Shown here piece by piece: positions 13,601 to 25,381 of a DNA stretch of 64,000 bases (position 1 is its first letter; every line of letters begins with the position of its first letter). The notes under the pieces are model-generated. The model did not search any database. It was not told where the DNA came from and saw only the letters and a program-made list of their open reading frames with translations. The DNA is taken from NCBI GenBank assembly GCA_010909165.1, contig VJWM01000106.1, positions 186,001 to 250,000 on the forward strand. Direction: 5' to 3'. Origin of the DNA: Anthoceros angustus. Its lineage: Eukaryota; Plantae; Anthocerotophyta. The position numbers and the translations under genes are program-made.

Positions 13601-13976
13601 CCTCCGCAAGACCGGATGCACAGGCCGCGCCAAAGTGGACTACGAGAACGAGACGTTGGAGTTGTGTGTGACCTTGCCTCAAGACTCGTCTCACAGCGCC
13701 GTTCGAGACACCAGAGCTCTCTCTGGAGGCGAGCGATCCTTCTCCACCCTGGCTTTCGCGCTGGCGTTGCACCAAATGACGGAGTCTCCTTTCAGAGCCA
13801 TGGACGAATTCGACGTCTTCATGGACGACGTAAAGAGGAAGATAAGCCTTGCAACTGTCGTGGATTTCGCTGTAAACCAAGGCTCGCAGTGGATCTTCAT
13901 CACTCCGCACGACATCAGCTCCGTTGAGGCGGGACCTAAGGTGAAGAAGCAGCAAATGGCCAACCCTCGGCCGTGA
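10623..13976 (+). CDS. SMC6: Structural maintenance of chromosomes protein 6, one uninterrupted 1117-aa ORF
   Basis: Walker A GQNGSGKS; KGTQRANTLKDFIKTG; Q-loop region NPCVIMTQDKSKEFL; coiled coils and hinge (PPIGPIG); signature LSGGERSFSTL; Walker B AMDEFDVFMD. The exact start is uncertain because of a possible acceptor AG near 10641. Confidence 0.95.
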   Translation: MVCLSNRLQDAAPEDDEVVGFRGPAARPSLFGGPGGVKGLRCEVELGWEGFAVPDMDMEDEEGCGEQGMEEEEEESGEKAGLIRRIKVENFMCHSNLTIELNEHVNFITGQNGSGKSALLTALCVAFGIKAKGTQRANTLKDFIKTGSSYALVAVEMKNEGEDAFRHDVYGDTICVERRITSSGTSTFAIKDCKGRKVATKRDEVVSLVEHFNIEVQNPCVIMTQDKSKEFLHNGTAKDKFKFFFKSTLLQQVSEVLTQISEKLESVSGTVVELEKGLEPLNLSLQQLADRIEKRLEMEGLTTAIADMQKKLAWAWVCDAEKNYEEQLENLERFRGRMPTCQKLIDDCKAELERCTEAHVESMARITAMLDNAQSMGQEQELVAREYEEAARKVASIEEDSAVRRRAIDKIKENIRALQGVSAELQARFARDTQAEMEAGRVEMERVRADLDAAKAEVDAAAQLEQDLQNELTSAAEAVRSIVTELEEKQRAVRDLDACVVRLQRAQTNTVTAFGGENVLNVLRAIEQRWQGFSRPPIGPIGAHVSLSGDNSWSLAVEAAVGGLLNVFVVHNHQDLLLLRRISTDCRCKLTIMIYDFDRPLMSLPQHMLPDPNLTTVMSVINTDNATVMNVLVDQGSVERQVLAENFDAAKAIAFSRGRSNVKEVFTKDGMKLFLRRGVETSLPKDKNLRSGRLGVRFDEEIERTRREIAEAREVIGSTQQRKRAAENSKAQLEAEKNRAKRSRVEAQHRLSEKESFLQELQAIANSQIAEADQPNTEEIEQDIREAEAELEGKEAELQKMQVQLVVAQSNCDRVKSNLHAIRASADEKSAIVHEAEQEVLARMSKVKEAEEKVAHYEKVMKDRVLADIREAEEKAVSFRELQEEQRAKAEQVCARKDVSLDDGATPETLQEELRRLLAKQRVQGASTDDCPVEDLQMQALKLQKKILKRGAVYHGIKKKLEMIRTALETRYQYFGRNCLYLKRQLHWNFNCHLRKTGCTGRAKVDYENETLELCVTLPQDSSHSAVRDTRALSGGERSFSTLAFALALHQMTESPFRAMDEFDVFMDDVKRKISLATVVDFAVNQGSQWIFITPHDISSVEAGPKVKKQQMANPRP

Positions 13977-14623
13977 AAGCAATTCTTGTCTTTCGTATCG
14001 ATACCTATTCTTTTTGCCCTCGTATTCGAGAGGTTCCATAGATTAACACATTACGACGAACATGATTGTCTAAATTACTCCCTCTTCTGGGAAGCTACAG
14101 GTCATGCTTCTAAATTTATGGCCAGTTTTAATTAAAAGTTTAGGGTTTCGTATGATGAATTTTGCTTCCCGTGAAACCCTGGCGCTCGGTTTTGCGAACC
14201 ATCTTTCAAGCGAGAGCGATCTTTGTACATTTCGACACTCTGAGACGTGGAAGGCGACGGGAAGGAGTGGCGGAGGGGTGAGGGTGGCGATGCGGAGCAG
14301 AAGGATGCGAAATTTTGCTGCCTTGTGGTGATCTGTCTTGTTGTTGTAGAACCCGGTGTAACAGCCTGGCGGAGGGCTGCCCGTCGAGAGCGCTGGCGTC
14401 GGAAGAACCAGCTGCGGAGCCTCCGGGCGAGCCCGCGCAGGTCGATGGCCAGGTCGGGAGGCTGCAGCATTTTTTTTTGCATGAGCAGAAGCGTCTGGGT
14501 TTGTTGTTGCATCCATCTAGGAATGTGAGCTCTTGAGACAACACGCACGGTTTCTTGATGCTGCCGGTGTCCCTGCAATGTCTCCAGGCGGAGGCTGCGC
14601 CGGCGCTGGCGGAAGCTTCCACA

Positions 14624-17600
14624 ATGACGGAGGTAGCCGCAGCCGTCCCGGATCCTGGTGTTCCTCGGGATGAGCGCCGGCGCGACCGGTCCGAGGACGG
14701 GAGGAAGGAGAGGAGCGGGGAGGACAGGCGGCGGGACCGGGACTCCAGAGAGCGCAGGGATGATAAGGCAGGTCCACGGGACGAGAGGGGGGATGAGCGC
14801 GGCCCTCGTCGGAGCGGGGAGCATCATGAGAAGAGGGGGAATCATGAGGGGTCAGGGAGCGGTTCGGAGAGGAGGGACAGGGATAGGGAGCACAAGAGGA
14901 GGAAGACTCCCAGTCCTCCAGCTCACAGGGACCGGCGGCACAGCCCGGTGCGCCGGACTCCGCCCTACAAGAGGACACGGAGGGACGACGACGTTCTTGC
15001 AGGAGATATGGCGTTCCCTGCAGACCGAAGGTAGAATCTCTTATGTGATGTCGATTTGCTGCCGTCTGCTTTGGGGGATGCTGTCCCCTTCCTGGGACTG
15101 CTCTCAGCGTGGGGGCAGATATTTTTAATCGTTCGTGAGGGTTTTTGTGCTGTGCTACTTCTCTCTGTTTGAAGAGGCGAACCTCATTCAGCTGCCAGGG
15201 GGCGAACGTCTGAACTATCTGAGATTTTGCTCTGGAGTCCGATTTGAGATTCATTCCTTGTTGTGTGGATCTCAAGTCGGACCTCTGAGCTTTATATCTA
15301 AAGAGATACCTGTGACATCCCAGCAAACTTGCCTACGACCAATCACCCAGTCAACAAAGCTGTGTTGACCCTTAAGCTTCATCTTATTATGTGCACCAGG
15401 CCCTCATGATTTGAAGTGATACAAGCTGAGTGGTTGCTCTGTTAACCGCACATCTGCTGTCAAGTCCTGAAAGTATGTGGTACAGGCAGTTGGTGATCAT
15501 GAGGGCTTCCTTGTGAAGATTATGCCGGCCTGCTACTACTCCATTGCGCTTTAGATACCTCTTTAGCTTCAAGTCAGACATCTCACATTGCCTGATGAAT
15601 TTTCTTGATCTGTCTTCTTTTTCCCCTCTGAAGTCTCTGTTAAACTTCTCAATTTTCTCAGTCCTTCACATTTTTTTTAACTTATCTGATCTATCTGAGG
15701 ACCTCTTCCCAGTAGTCCAGTACCCTATGGTCCATCGGAAATCCTGTTGATATCTTTCCCACTGTCCTTAAGGAGTGCACGGGTTTCCAGCATTGATGTG
15801 GAAAGTTCCTGTCAGGCAAGGCGATCGATGCGTAAGAAATTTTTGACCGATTTAAGAGGATGGGATTCTTCCAGAGATGAATATTCAGCAGGATTGAGGC
15901 GACCATCTCCAGACTTGGCAAGCGAAGTTGGGAGTCTAATTAGCAACTGCACGGGTGTATCCATGCAACCTGTGTTCTTGTTCCTATGAGACCTCACATG
16001 TTGGTTCAAATGTCTGTATGAGCTGTATGACGAGTTCCGGTTAGAAGGGAATGATCTGCAACCTGCTTCCAGATTGTTGGCCTCGTGTGTGGCCTGGCAT
16101 ATGGGCTAGCTAACCTTCTTTGTCGTAAAGTTGGGTTCTACTAAGGAGCAAGTGGGAATCACATTGTCTGTCATTTCTGACGTGTTGCTGCCACCAGGCA
16201 TGGATATGATGGAATGGGCCAGTATGACAGAGCAGGAACTCTGGGAGGACGAGGGGGCTTTGGGGATGATAGAGTGCGACATCCAGGCTCTCGAGGTGTG
16301 GGGATTGTTTGATACTGCACTTCAAATGGGCGTACATGGCTGAGCAATGTTTTGCTGTTGGTGCCTGACTAGTCTGTCTTTGTCTTTACTTTTGTGAGTG
16401 CCCTGTGTGGGATTGAGGGGACTTGCTTATGGTAGCTTCAACGAAGTTACTGTTCAGTGGTGTGCTCATGGTGATAGTGTAGTGTGAAGTGTGCAAATTT
16501 TAGAGTCTGGTGTTGGCACAGCTCAGTCTAGTGCAGCAACTTCAGTGGGGCTGTAACTCCTATCGTGCTGCACTATTCTTACTCTCTACTGTACAGGCTG
16601 GCAGGGTCCTGGTCGGAGTGGCTTCAGCGATGGGCCCCACCATTCATCAGGCATGTATGGTGGCTTGCCGAACCGCAGGTACATCATTTCTCCATAACCG
16701 GTTGACATCTACAAGGGATCATGCTCTTGAAAACAGCTTTTTCAGGCATACTTGTTAACTTTTGCAGGGAAGGCCTTATGACCTACAAGCTCTTTATTGC
16801 GGAGTTAGAAGATGACATACTTCCAGCAGAAGCTGAACGAAGGTGTGTTCTCTCTTTAGGTCTCGACAACTTTCAGGTTTCATTGTCCTGGACCCTTTTT
16901 ACTCTTCTGGAGCAGCCCAATGGAGTCTCATCACGAATTGTGTAGTGAGGTGGAAGCCCACATAATTGAACTGGATAATCAAGAGAGTTGTGGTCTGTCT
17001 GACCAACAGATATGAGGAGTATAAGGCCGAGTACATAACTACTCAAAAGCGGGCCTACTTTGCCCAGCATAAAGATGATGAGTGGTAAGCATGAATTCAG
17101 GCTCTCCACCTCAAAATCTGAAGCCTTGACCATGTACAAGGCCATTAGGCTTGGCAGTTTAGGGTTCTAGTCTCTTTGTACTTGCCTAGATGAGCGGGAC
17201 TGATGTTGCCGGTGTCCTCTTCTCAGGCTAAGGGAGAAGTATGATCCTTCAAAGCTGGAGAATGTGCTTCTGCGGTAGCACTACTGAAACCTCATGGTTA
17301 TCTAACCTTTCAATCCACGCATAAAGGAGTTGGTAGAGGATGCCTCTCACCTTTGTCTCTTTACAGGAGAAATGAAAATGCCAAGGCGCTAGCAAAGGAC
17401 TTTCAAGCTGAGCTCGAAGCTGGGACTTTGGATGTGTATGTGAATCTTACCTCCCCTAGTTGTTTATTGTGAAATGTGAGGGAAGCACATTGGTTTCAGT
17501 GGATTCTGGTATCTGGCGTCACACATGACTAGTGGTTGTGCAGAGGTCCAAGTGCAACAGGAAGTCGGGCAGCAGACGGAGCCTCAGAAGAAGACACAGA

Positions 17601-19537
17601 AATGGGTGGGAAGAGGCGTCGGCCTGCCAGAGCCCAATCAAAAGATAAGGAGTTAGATGCCGCTCCGAAAGTGTCATCGATCAGTGGTGACCCTAAAAGG
17701 TTTCCAAAGGACATTGACCAAGCCCGGGCCTTGATAAAGAAGCTGGATACTGAAAAAGGGATTGAGGGCAACATACTGACTCAAGATAATCAAAATGTAG
17801 AGGGGGATAGATCACTGAGTGGTAGCTCTGCAGGGCATATTGTGATTGTAAGAGGGGCCAACCAGGTGAAAGGTTACGAGGGTTTGGAACTTCTCGATGT
17901 GATACTGACATATTTATGGAGGGTTCATAGCTTGGATTACTATGGAGGAATTGAGTTGCGAGAGGCTGCCAAGGGATATCGTCATGTGAGAAAGGATGCC
18001 AAAGTTGCAGACGAGCCAGGGTCTGTGACTGCTGCCGATTGGGAAAAGAAAATTGATGGTACATGGCAAGCAAGGCTGCAGGGCCGTGACTTAATTGAGT
18101 CAATGCTGGGCAGAGAGAAGCTGGAAACTGCGGCAAATGATGCTCTGGATCCGTTTGTTCGGAAAATTAAGGATGAGAAATATGGCTGGAAATACGGGTG
18201 TGGAGCTAAAGGTTGCACCAAACTGTTCCATGGACCAGAGTATGTACACAAACACTTGAAGCTGAAACATCCTGAACTAGTCAGCGATGTTATTGCAAAA
18301 TCTCGGCACGACCTCTTCTTCCAAAATTATATGAGGTAACAATGATGTCTCCTTGAGTCTCTGGACCTGTATCTCCAGTTGTGTTGGAACTTTGACAATC
18401 TTAGGTGGTCATTCAACAGTGATCCAGATGCTCCAGGAGTCTCAGCTAATGTGGCATTTCAGCCATCTCAGGTTTGTGCTTTCTTTGCAACAATATCTTT
18501 TCCTACAAAATATGCCTCAGAATTGTACCTACACCGTCAGTTCTTCCAAGGCTCTGCACTAGCAGCGCTAGCTGTCACAACGAACTTGTTTTTTACCTGC
18601 TTTTTTCCTGTTTTTAGAGAGACAAAGGCGGCCGTAGGCGACGACATGGTGGTGGCAATGGTGGTATTGGTGGTCCTGCAGAGCGCATGTCAGGTGACCG
18701 AATGCAGATGCTCGCACAGGCTCCTCATGCAGCAGGCAGAAACCTTAGGGATCCGGAACGCTTTGAGCGTCGAGAGAATGATAGGTTTGACCGACCTGGA
18801 GTTGAGGATGAACGATTTGACCGAGGTGGTGAACAGTCTCCTTCTAACAGAGAGTTTGCACCTTCGGGAATGGTGCCACCTAATCTTGATGCTATGGGAG
18901 GACCTCAGGGCAGTTTCGATGCGTCCGGTGATACTCCGATGTTTGATCCCTTCTCTGGTCCTCCAATGCGTGGGCCTCCTGCGTATGGATCAGATATGCC
19001 CCCGCCTCCCCCAGTACTCATGCCCGTACCGGGTGCTGGGTGAGTAAAGCTCTTCACTAGTGTTTTCTGGTTTTGTTTTGCAGTGAGATTTGTCCTCGTC
19101 TTTCCTCTGCTAATGTGCGGAGAATGTCTCTACTTCCTGCAGGCCACTAGGTCCGTTTGTCCCGGCCCCTCCTGAGGTCGCCATGCGGATGTTGAGAGAG
19201 CAAGGTGGTCCACCTGCCTTCCATCCTGGTCCATTCGAGCAAGCATTTGATGGAGAGGCAAACGGAGGGGGTCACGGACGCAGGGGTCGATCGCATCATG
19301 GTGGGGGTCACATGGGCGGTGGGTTGATGGATAACCCGCCACTCATGGTCCCCATGGGCCAAGCTTTGCGTCCGGACCCACGTCATGTCCGAAGGTAGCG
19401 ACTTAACTTTCGTTTGGGCCCGTACTCTTCCGAGCTCCAAGTTTGCCATCCTGACCTCGACGTATTTGATGTGCAGTTACCATGATCTAGATGCACCGGA
19501 AGACGAAGTCACCGTTATTGACTATCGCAGTCTTTGA
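14624..19537 (+). CDS. SE: SERRATE / ARS2 (miRNA processing, cap-binding complex adaptor), multi-exon
   Basis: RDRRHSPVRRTPP; GLMTYKLFIAELEDDILPAEAERR; YKAEYITTQKRAYF; C2H2 finger CGAKGCTKLFHGPEYVHKHLKLKH; C-terminus YHDLDAPEDEVTVIDYRSL*. Confidence 0.95.
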
Positions 19538-19926
19538 CCGTTCAGATTGCGTTCAAAGTCGCTTCGAAAGTTACCCTGGAGACTAAATCTTCACATGTAC
19601 CGTGGGCAGTAGGTAGATTGCTTTATGATTATGCATTCTTTGATTTCCTGAGCCATTAGTCTGTAGGCGGGGAAGACAGGAGCACGGCTGCATCGGCTCT
19701 TTGGCGGGCACCCGCTTGCCTGCCAGTACTAAGAGCTAGCAAGCCAGACTTGTTGACGCAGGGGTTGGATCCCGAAGTGGGCACTGCTGCTAGTTGAGTT
19801 AAGACTATGCGGATCAGTATAGTATTTTCCTGTTTCGGTACGAACGGAAGCTTTTGACCGTGGCTTGTGTGGCACGAGCAAAACCTCCCGTGTCTCTAAA
19901 TTCGATGGCTAGACCATGATCTTGTG

Positions 19927-22791
19927 TCACAAGTTGATAATAGTTAGTGTTTCACTGTGTTCGTTACTCCCAACCAAAAAACTATGCACCAGTCCTTCCA
20001 TATCTGTCCACCAGCTCTGGCCTGGCTGCTTCCATGCCCTGATAGTTTTTCTCTTGGCCTGCATCTTCTGTGCCTGCTCCCACATCCGGGCACTTGTATA
20101 TATTCTCGACATCAACACATATGCTGCAGCATCTTTGCTGTGCAGCTTCGTTGCTTCATCGAAAGCATGGCATCCCACCTCCACATTCCTCCACTTTCGA
20201 CATGCACCCAAAAGAGTGTGCCAGACTGCAGAATCAGGCTGTACAGGCATTGCCCTTGCCAAAGCAAGTGCCTCATCCAGTTGTCCTGCACGACCCAGGA
20301 GATCCACCATGCACGAGTAGTGCTCTGTCGAGGGGGTGATGCCGTAATGTCTGCTCATAGCCTCAAAGTACTCTCGACCCTTGTTCACTAGACCCCTGTG
20401 ACTGCACACTGTTAGGACACTGAGGAACGTGATGCCGTTTGGCTGTATGCCATCCTCTCTCATTCTAAGAACCAACTCAAACACCTCTTCAGTGTCTCCT
20501 TGATTGGTGTATCCTGCAATCAGGGCATTCCAGGCTGTGTCATCTCGTTCGGGCAATGCCTCGAATACCTGTCGTGCATCACCCATGCTACCGCACTTTG
20601 CATACATGTTCATTAGACTACCAGCTACAAGCGGATCAGCTTGGAGCCCCTGTTGCTTAATGTGTGCATGGAGTTGCCTTCCCACATACAAAGCTGCGAG
20701 ATTTGCACATGCCTGGAGGAGACACACAAATGTCACAGAGTCAGGTGCGAGAATACCATCAGCTTGCATAGCACTGTAGAGACGAAGGGATTCCTGGCCC
20801 ATGCCGCTCTGGGAATGTGCTGCTATCATGGCACTCCATGTGACCAAATCTTTGTGAGGAAGTCTGTCGAACACGCGCTGGGCATTCTCTAGGCTGCCAC
20901 ACTTTGCATACATGTGTACCAAGCTGCTGGCTAAAAATACATCAGCTTGAAGGCCTCGTTCTCTGATCTCTGCATGAAGCTGCTTTCCCTGTTCCAACGC
21001 CAGGGTGCCCACACTTCCACATGCCTGCAGGAGGCACACGAATGTCACAGAATCAGGCGGAAGAATGCCTTCTCCTTTCATACCCCTGTAAAGATGAAGG
21101 GCTTCCTGGCCCATGCCCTGCTGGGAGTATGCTGCTATCATGGCATTCCATGTCACCACGTTTTTTTCACTAAGTTCGTCAAACACAAACTGAGCATCCT
21201 CTAGGCTGCCGCACTTTGCATACATGTTCACCAGACTACTGGCTACAAACACATCAGCTTGAAGTCCTCGTTCTCTAATTTGTGCATGAAGCTGCCTCCC
21301 CTTCTCCAAGGCTGCAGTGCCTACACTTGCACAAGCCTGCAGTAGGCACACAAATGTTACAGAATTGGGTGTAACATGACCTTCTTCTTCCATAGCCCTG
21401 TAGATACGAAGGGCTTCCTGCCCCATGCCCTGCTGGGAATATCCGGCTATCATGGCACTCCACGTCACCACATTCTTTTCACCGAGACCATCAAACACAC
21501 CCTGAGCATCCTCTAGGCTGCCGCATTTTGCAAACATGTTTACCAAGCTGTTTGCGACTGACACATTAGCCTCAAGTCCCCGTTCTATAATTTGTGCATG
21601 AAGCTCTCTTCCCTTCTCCAATGCTGAGGTGCCCACACTTGCACATGCCTGCAGTAGGCACACAAATGTCACAGAATCGAGTTCAACGACGCCTTCTCCT
21701 TGCATGACCTTGTAGAGACGAAGCGCCTCCTGCCCCATGTCCTGCTGGGAATACCCTGCTATCATGGCATTCCAAGTCACCACATTCTTTTCCACAAGTG
21801 CATCAAACACCTCACGAGCATCCTCTAGGCTGCCACACTTTGCATACATGTTCACTAAGCTCCCGCCAACAACTGTATCAGCTTGAAGTCCTCGTTCTCT
21901 AATCTGTCCGTGAAGCTGCTTCCCCGTGTCCAAAGCCGTGCTGCCTAGACTTGCACATGCCTGAAGGAGGGACACAAATGTCACAGAACTGGGTGCAACA
22001 ATATCTTCTTCTTGCATAGCCCTGTAAAGCTGAAGGGCTTCCTCCCCCATGCCATGCTGTGAATACCCTCCTATCATGGCATTCCACGTGACCACATTCT
22101 TCTCACTAAGTCCGTCAAAAACCCTTCGAGCTTCCTCCAAGCTCCCACACTTCGCGTACATGTCCACCAGGCAACTATAGACAAACAAATCAGGCTCCAG
22201 CCCACTGGCCAACACATCAGCATGCACCTGCTGCCCAGATTTCAAATCTCCCCCCCTTGCACAAGCCTGAAGGGCTGCCACGAACACATGCCCATCTGGC
22301 CTTTCACATGACATCCTCATTCGACGATACAATTGCACAGCCTGCTTATCCTGTCCGTGCTTAACATGCGCAGAGATCATGGTGGACCACGTGAAGGCAT
22401 CTGGCTCGGCAACCATGGTGAAGACATCCACAGCTTCTAGCAATCTGGCATGGGAAGCATACATACGCAGGATGTGGTTGCACAGGAACGTGTCCGATTC
22501 ATACCCCTTCTTCACGGTTAGTGAATGAACAAACCGACCCAGAGGAAGATCCTTCTTCCCCACACATTCCTTCAGCACCATATAAAACAGAGATCTGGAG
22601 ATACGACAGTTTGTGTGCGTCAGAACTCCCAGAGCCTCGACAGCTTCGGGGAGCCGCCCCTGCTGACATAGATTCCTAACGGTCTCAGCCGTTACACTCC
22701 TTTCGTATCCTGCAGGCACGCTCGAGTGGAATATCAGTGCAGCACGACCCATGTGCGTATCCAGCGCATCCAACCCCGCAGGCTTGTACAA
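19927..22791 (-). CDS. PLS-class PPR protein (PPR1), E1/E2 plus WW-type PG box, no DYW domain
   Basis: 954-aa ORF of P-L-S triplets ending KQPGQSWWTDMEGLVHSFLVGSNEH...*. The ORF opens on TTG; the first ATG is at 22752. Confidence 0.93.
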   Translation of the reverse strand: MYKPAGLDALDTHMGRAALIFHSSVPAGYERSVTAETVRNLCQQGRLPEAVEALGVLTHTNCRISRSLFYMVLKECVGKKDLPLGRFVHSLTVKKGYESDTFLCNHILRMYASHARLLEAVDVFTMVAEPDAFTWSTMISAHVKHGQDKQAVQLYRRMRMSCERPDGHVFVAALQACARGGDLKSGQQVHADVLASGLEPDLFVYSCLVDMYAKCGSLEEARRVFDGLSEKNVVTWNAMIGGYSQHGMGEEALQLYRAMQEEDIVAPSSVTFVSLLQACASLGSTALDTGKQLHGQIRERGLQADTVVGGSLVNMYAKCGSLEDAREVFDALVEKNVVTWNAMIAGYSQQDMGQEALRLYKVMQGEGVVELDSVTFVCLLQACASVGTSALEKGRELHAQIIERGLEANVSVANSLVNMFAKCGSLEDAQGVFDGLGEKNVVTWSAMIAGYSQQGMGQEALRIYRAMEEEGHVTPNSVTFVCLLQACASVGTAALEKGRQLHAQIRERGLQADVFVASSLVNMYAKCGSLEDAQFVFDELSEKNVVTWNAMIAAYSQQGMGQEALHLYRGMKGEGILPPDSVTFVCLLQACGSVGTLALEQGKQLHAEIRERGLQADVFLASSLVHMYAKCGSLENAQRVFDRLPHKDLVTWSAMIAAHSQSGMGQESLRLYSAMQADGILAPDSVTFVCLLQACANLAALYVGRQLHAHIKQQGLQADPLVAGSLMNMYAKCGSMGDARQVFEALPERDDTAWNALIAGYTNQGDTEEVFELVLRMREDGIQPNGITFLSVLTVCSHRGLVNKGREYFEAMSRHYGITPSTEHYSCMVDLLGRAGQLDEALALARAMPVQPDSAVWHTLLGACRKWRNVEVGCHAFDEATKLHSKDAAAYVLMSRIYTSARMWEQAQKMQAKRKTIRAWKQPGQSWWTDMEGLVHSFLVGSNEHSETLTIINL

Positions 22792-23168
22792 GCTGTTCAG
22801 CCAAAAAACCTATTGAGAGCTCTTCCTCTGTTGCCTTCTTGGGCAGGCTGGCTCTCTTGCAAGGTGCTGCAGCCCGGGGGTAGGGGAGGTACGGGATACT
22901 GTCCGTGCATACATATCTTCTGAGACATGAAGCTCGCACTGCTTGTATGTATGTACGTAGCGGTGAGCGAAGCCTGCTTTAAAACCGTGGTCTTAAAAGA
23001 TTGCGGATTTCGGAGGTGGCAAATGCAAGCTTGCTTGCATGCTTGTGGTAATAGAAGCGCAATCCGGTGCGGCGGTGCGAGGATGGTTATTATCATAACA
23101 GCAGGAGAGAGTAAACAGTTAGGCAGAAAATCGCGTTGTATTCAACTGAAAGGGCTAGATACTATTTG

Positions 23169-25381
23169 CTACTCTGTGCGTTTGATCTTGAGCGGTAGTC
23201 CCTTGTATGGTGAATTGAAAGGAAGCTTCATGGTCGGCCCGTCCTCCAAGACCTGCCACCTATAGAACAGAAAACATGCAAGCCCTGAGACAGGAAATCG
23301 GTGAAAGCATGGATGACGAGCCAGGCAACGGTGTCGTCGTCGACTGACCTGAACTTGGTGACGAGATGGTGAAGGAAGACAAGGACCTCCACTTTGGCCA
23401 GCTCATTTCCCACACACAGATGCTCTCCTGCTCCGAAGGGTGCGTATGAGGTACCCCTTCGTGGTGCCTAGCCACGAGCATTGGACATGCTTGTCAGCTT
23501 GTGTGTGTGTGTGTGTGTGTGTGTCCCAAGCTTTTAACTGCTGCATCGGATCTCACCTCAAATCGTGAAGGATCGAACTTGTCTGGCTCGGGCCACATGT
23601 TTGGATCCAGGTGGACGTGTGTAACTATGGGTCTCACTTTCCAGCCTTTGGGAATGATGAAACCTGTGCAGCACAGTGAGCTGATGAGAGTCGGTCAGTA
23701 GCAATGTTTCCACAACCATGCGGGACGAGGATTCACCTTTGTATTCCACATCAACCACGGCCTCACGGACAATGACATCGGAGATTATGTGGGCTAGTCG
23801 CAGTGCCTCCTGCATCACCTGTAGGACATTTCCCTCAACTTCAGATCAGATGCCCGTCTCCAGTGGGACCAAGCAAGCAGGCACGGGCCTGTGTTATGTA
23901 CCTTCGGGGAGAGATCCATGTCCTTCAAGTCATCCCAGGTGAGAGGCTCATCCACGCCTTTCCTGGCCCTGATGCTGTCCTGCTCAGCCTGCTCATGCAC
24001 CATCATCTTGGCCTGGTGATTCTCTATGGCTTGTTAAGCCCTGTTGCGCTAAACTTTGTTAAGCATGGGCTGGAACGCACCTTGACAGCTGCAAGGAGAG
24101 GGGGATTGTCGTGGAGAAACTTGAGGACCCATGCGAGAGCACTGGCTGTTGTACCGTTGGAGGCAACCAGGATACCGATGATGTTATCTGCCAACTCATC
24201 ATCACTCAAGGGATCTTCCTGTAATCGATCAGCTTCCATCAGAAACGAGTCCAAGAGATCATCAGGCGTCGAGTCCTTTGCTATCTCCCTCTTTGCACGC
24301 CGTCTCTGCACAAGACCCTCGAGCTTGGCCACAACTCTTTGCCGAGACTGCAGCCGATCAAGGTGACAGGTGAGCGATTTAGCAGACACCTACAGTGGCT
24401 CCGGTCCTTCCTACGCGTACAACAGCCAGAATCTGAACGAGATTGTCTCCCTGAAACCTGGAGGGTCTTGCGCCATTGGAAGCCAGGAAGATTGATGGGG
24501 AAGATGGATGTGAATCCCCTCTCCATCTCAGTGAAGAGAGCAGAAAGCTCCTGCACCTCTGGTGTCCGACATTCCAACCCGAACACGGTGAACATGCCAA
24601 CCCCGAGCGTGAACTGGAGATGCACATGCAGCAGCAAGAATGTGGTACACTTGTGATGGTCATGTCGCTGCAAAGCCAATGGGTGCAAGTACAATCAATG
24701 AACCAGATTGCCTACCTGCTCAACTGCATAGAGGAAGGAAGGAATAGTGGACTCGGGTGCCCATGAATTGAGGGTCATCAGAGCCAGCTCTTCGATGCCT
24801 GCAACCATATGCTTGAGTGCCCCAGGAAGCAGGTGTCTGAGATGCAATTTGCGAGTCCGGGAATGCGCATCTCCGAAGACGAAGTTCACATATTTGGGTC
24901 CAAGAATAGTTGTGACGATCTTGGGATATATGGGCTTCAACTCTTCCGACTTGGTCACCATCACGAACTTAAAAGCCTCTGCAGACGTGGTGATCACAGT
25001 CGGCCAGCCCAGCAGGTGGGTCTTGTACACCTCCCCGTGTCTGCAACCACGAACGTAACATCCTCATTGTAGCATCTTCACTCCGTTTGCCTTTGATTCA
25101 TGAATCCAAGCTAATTATGACAAATGAATTCACCTCCTCGAACGTTCAGTTGAGAAGCCGGTGGTGTCCTTGATGAAGTCCCACGTTTCTCCAATGACAG
25201 GCCATCCCATGGTGCCTGGGGGCAGATTCAGAGGCTTCAGGCTGAGCATGGGCCAGCCATCCCGAAAGCTTATGTACCCGTAACTGCAACACCACCAGAA
25301 CGTGGCTAACGTGACCACTGCTGTGACAAGCAGCAATGGCACGATCCGGGCTACGCTGGATAACAACGGTAGCCAATCCAT
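23169..25381 (-). CDS. Cytochrome P450 CYP-a, CYP85 clan (CYP707-like), multi-exon
   Basis: TM anchor then [14 protein letters not shown]; [11 protein letters not shown]; K-helix EALR; [13 protein letters not shown]; heme motif [16 protein letters not shown]; last exon [29 protein letters not shown]. Confidence 0.92.
23501..23524. repeat. (GT)12 microsatellite in a CYP-a intron
   Basis: Read directly from the sequence. Confidence 0.95.

Noticed and set aside
15031-16196. Short ORFs in the long first intron of SERRATE (possible nested gene or TE)
   Set aside because: No recognisable domain; lengths are compatible with chance.
19538-19926. Convergent SERRATE and PPR1 3' ends only 390 bp apart (possible natural antisense overlap)
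   Set aside because: Such spacing is common throughout this compact window, and there is no sequence evidence for overlapping transcripts.
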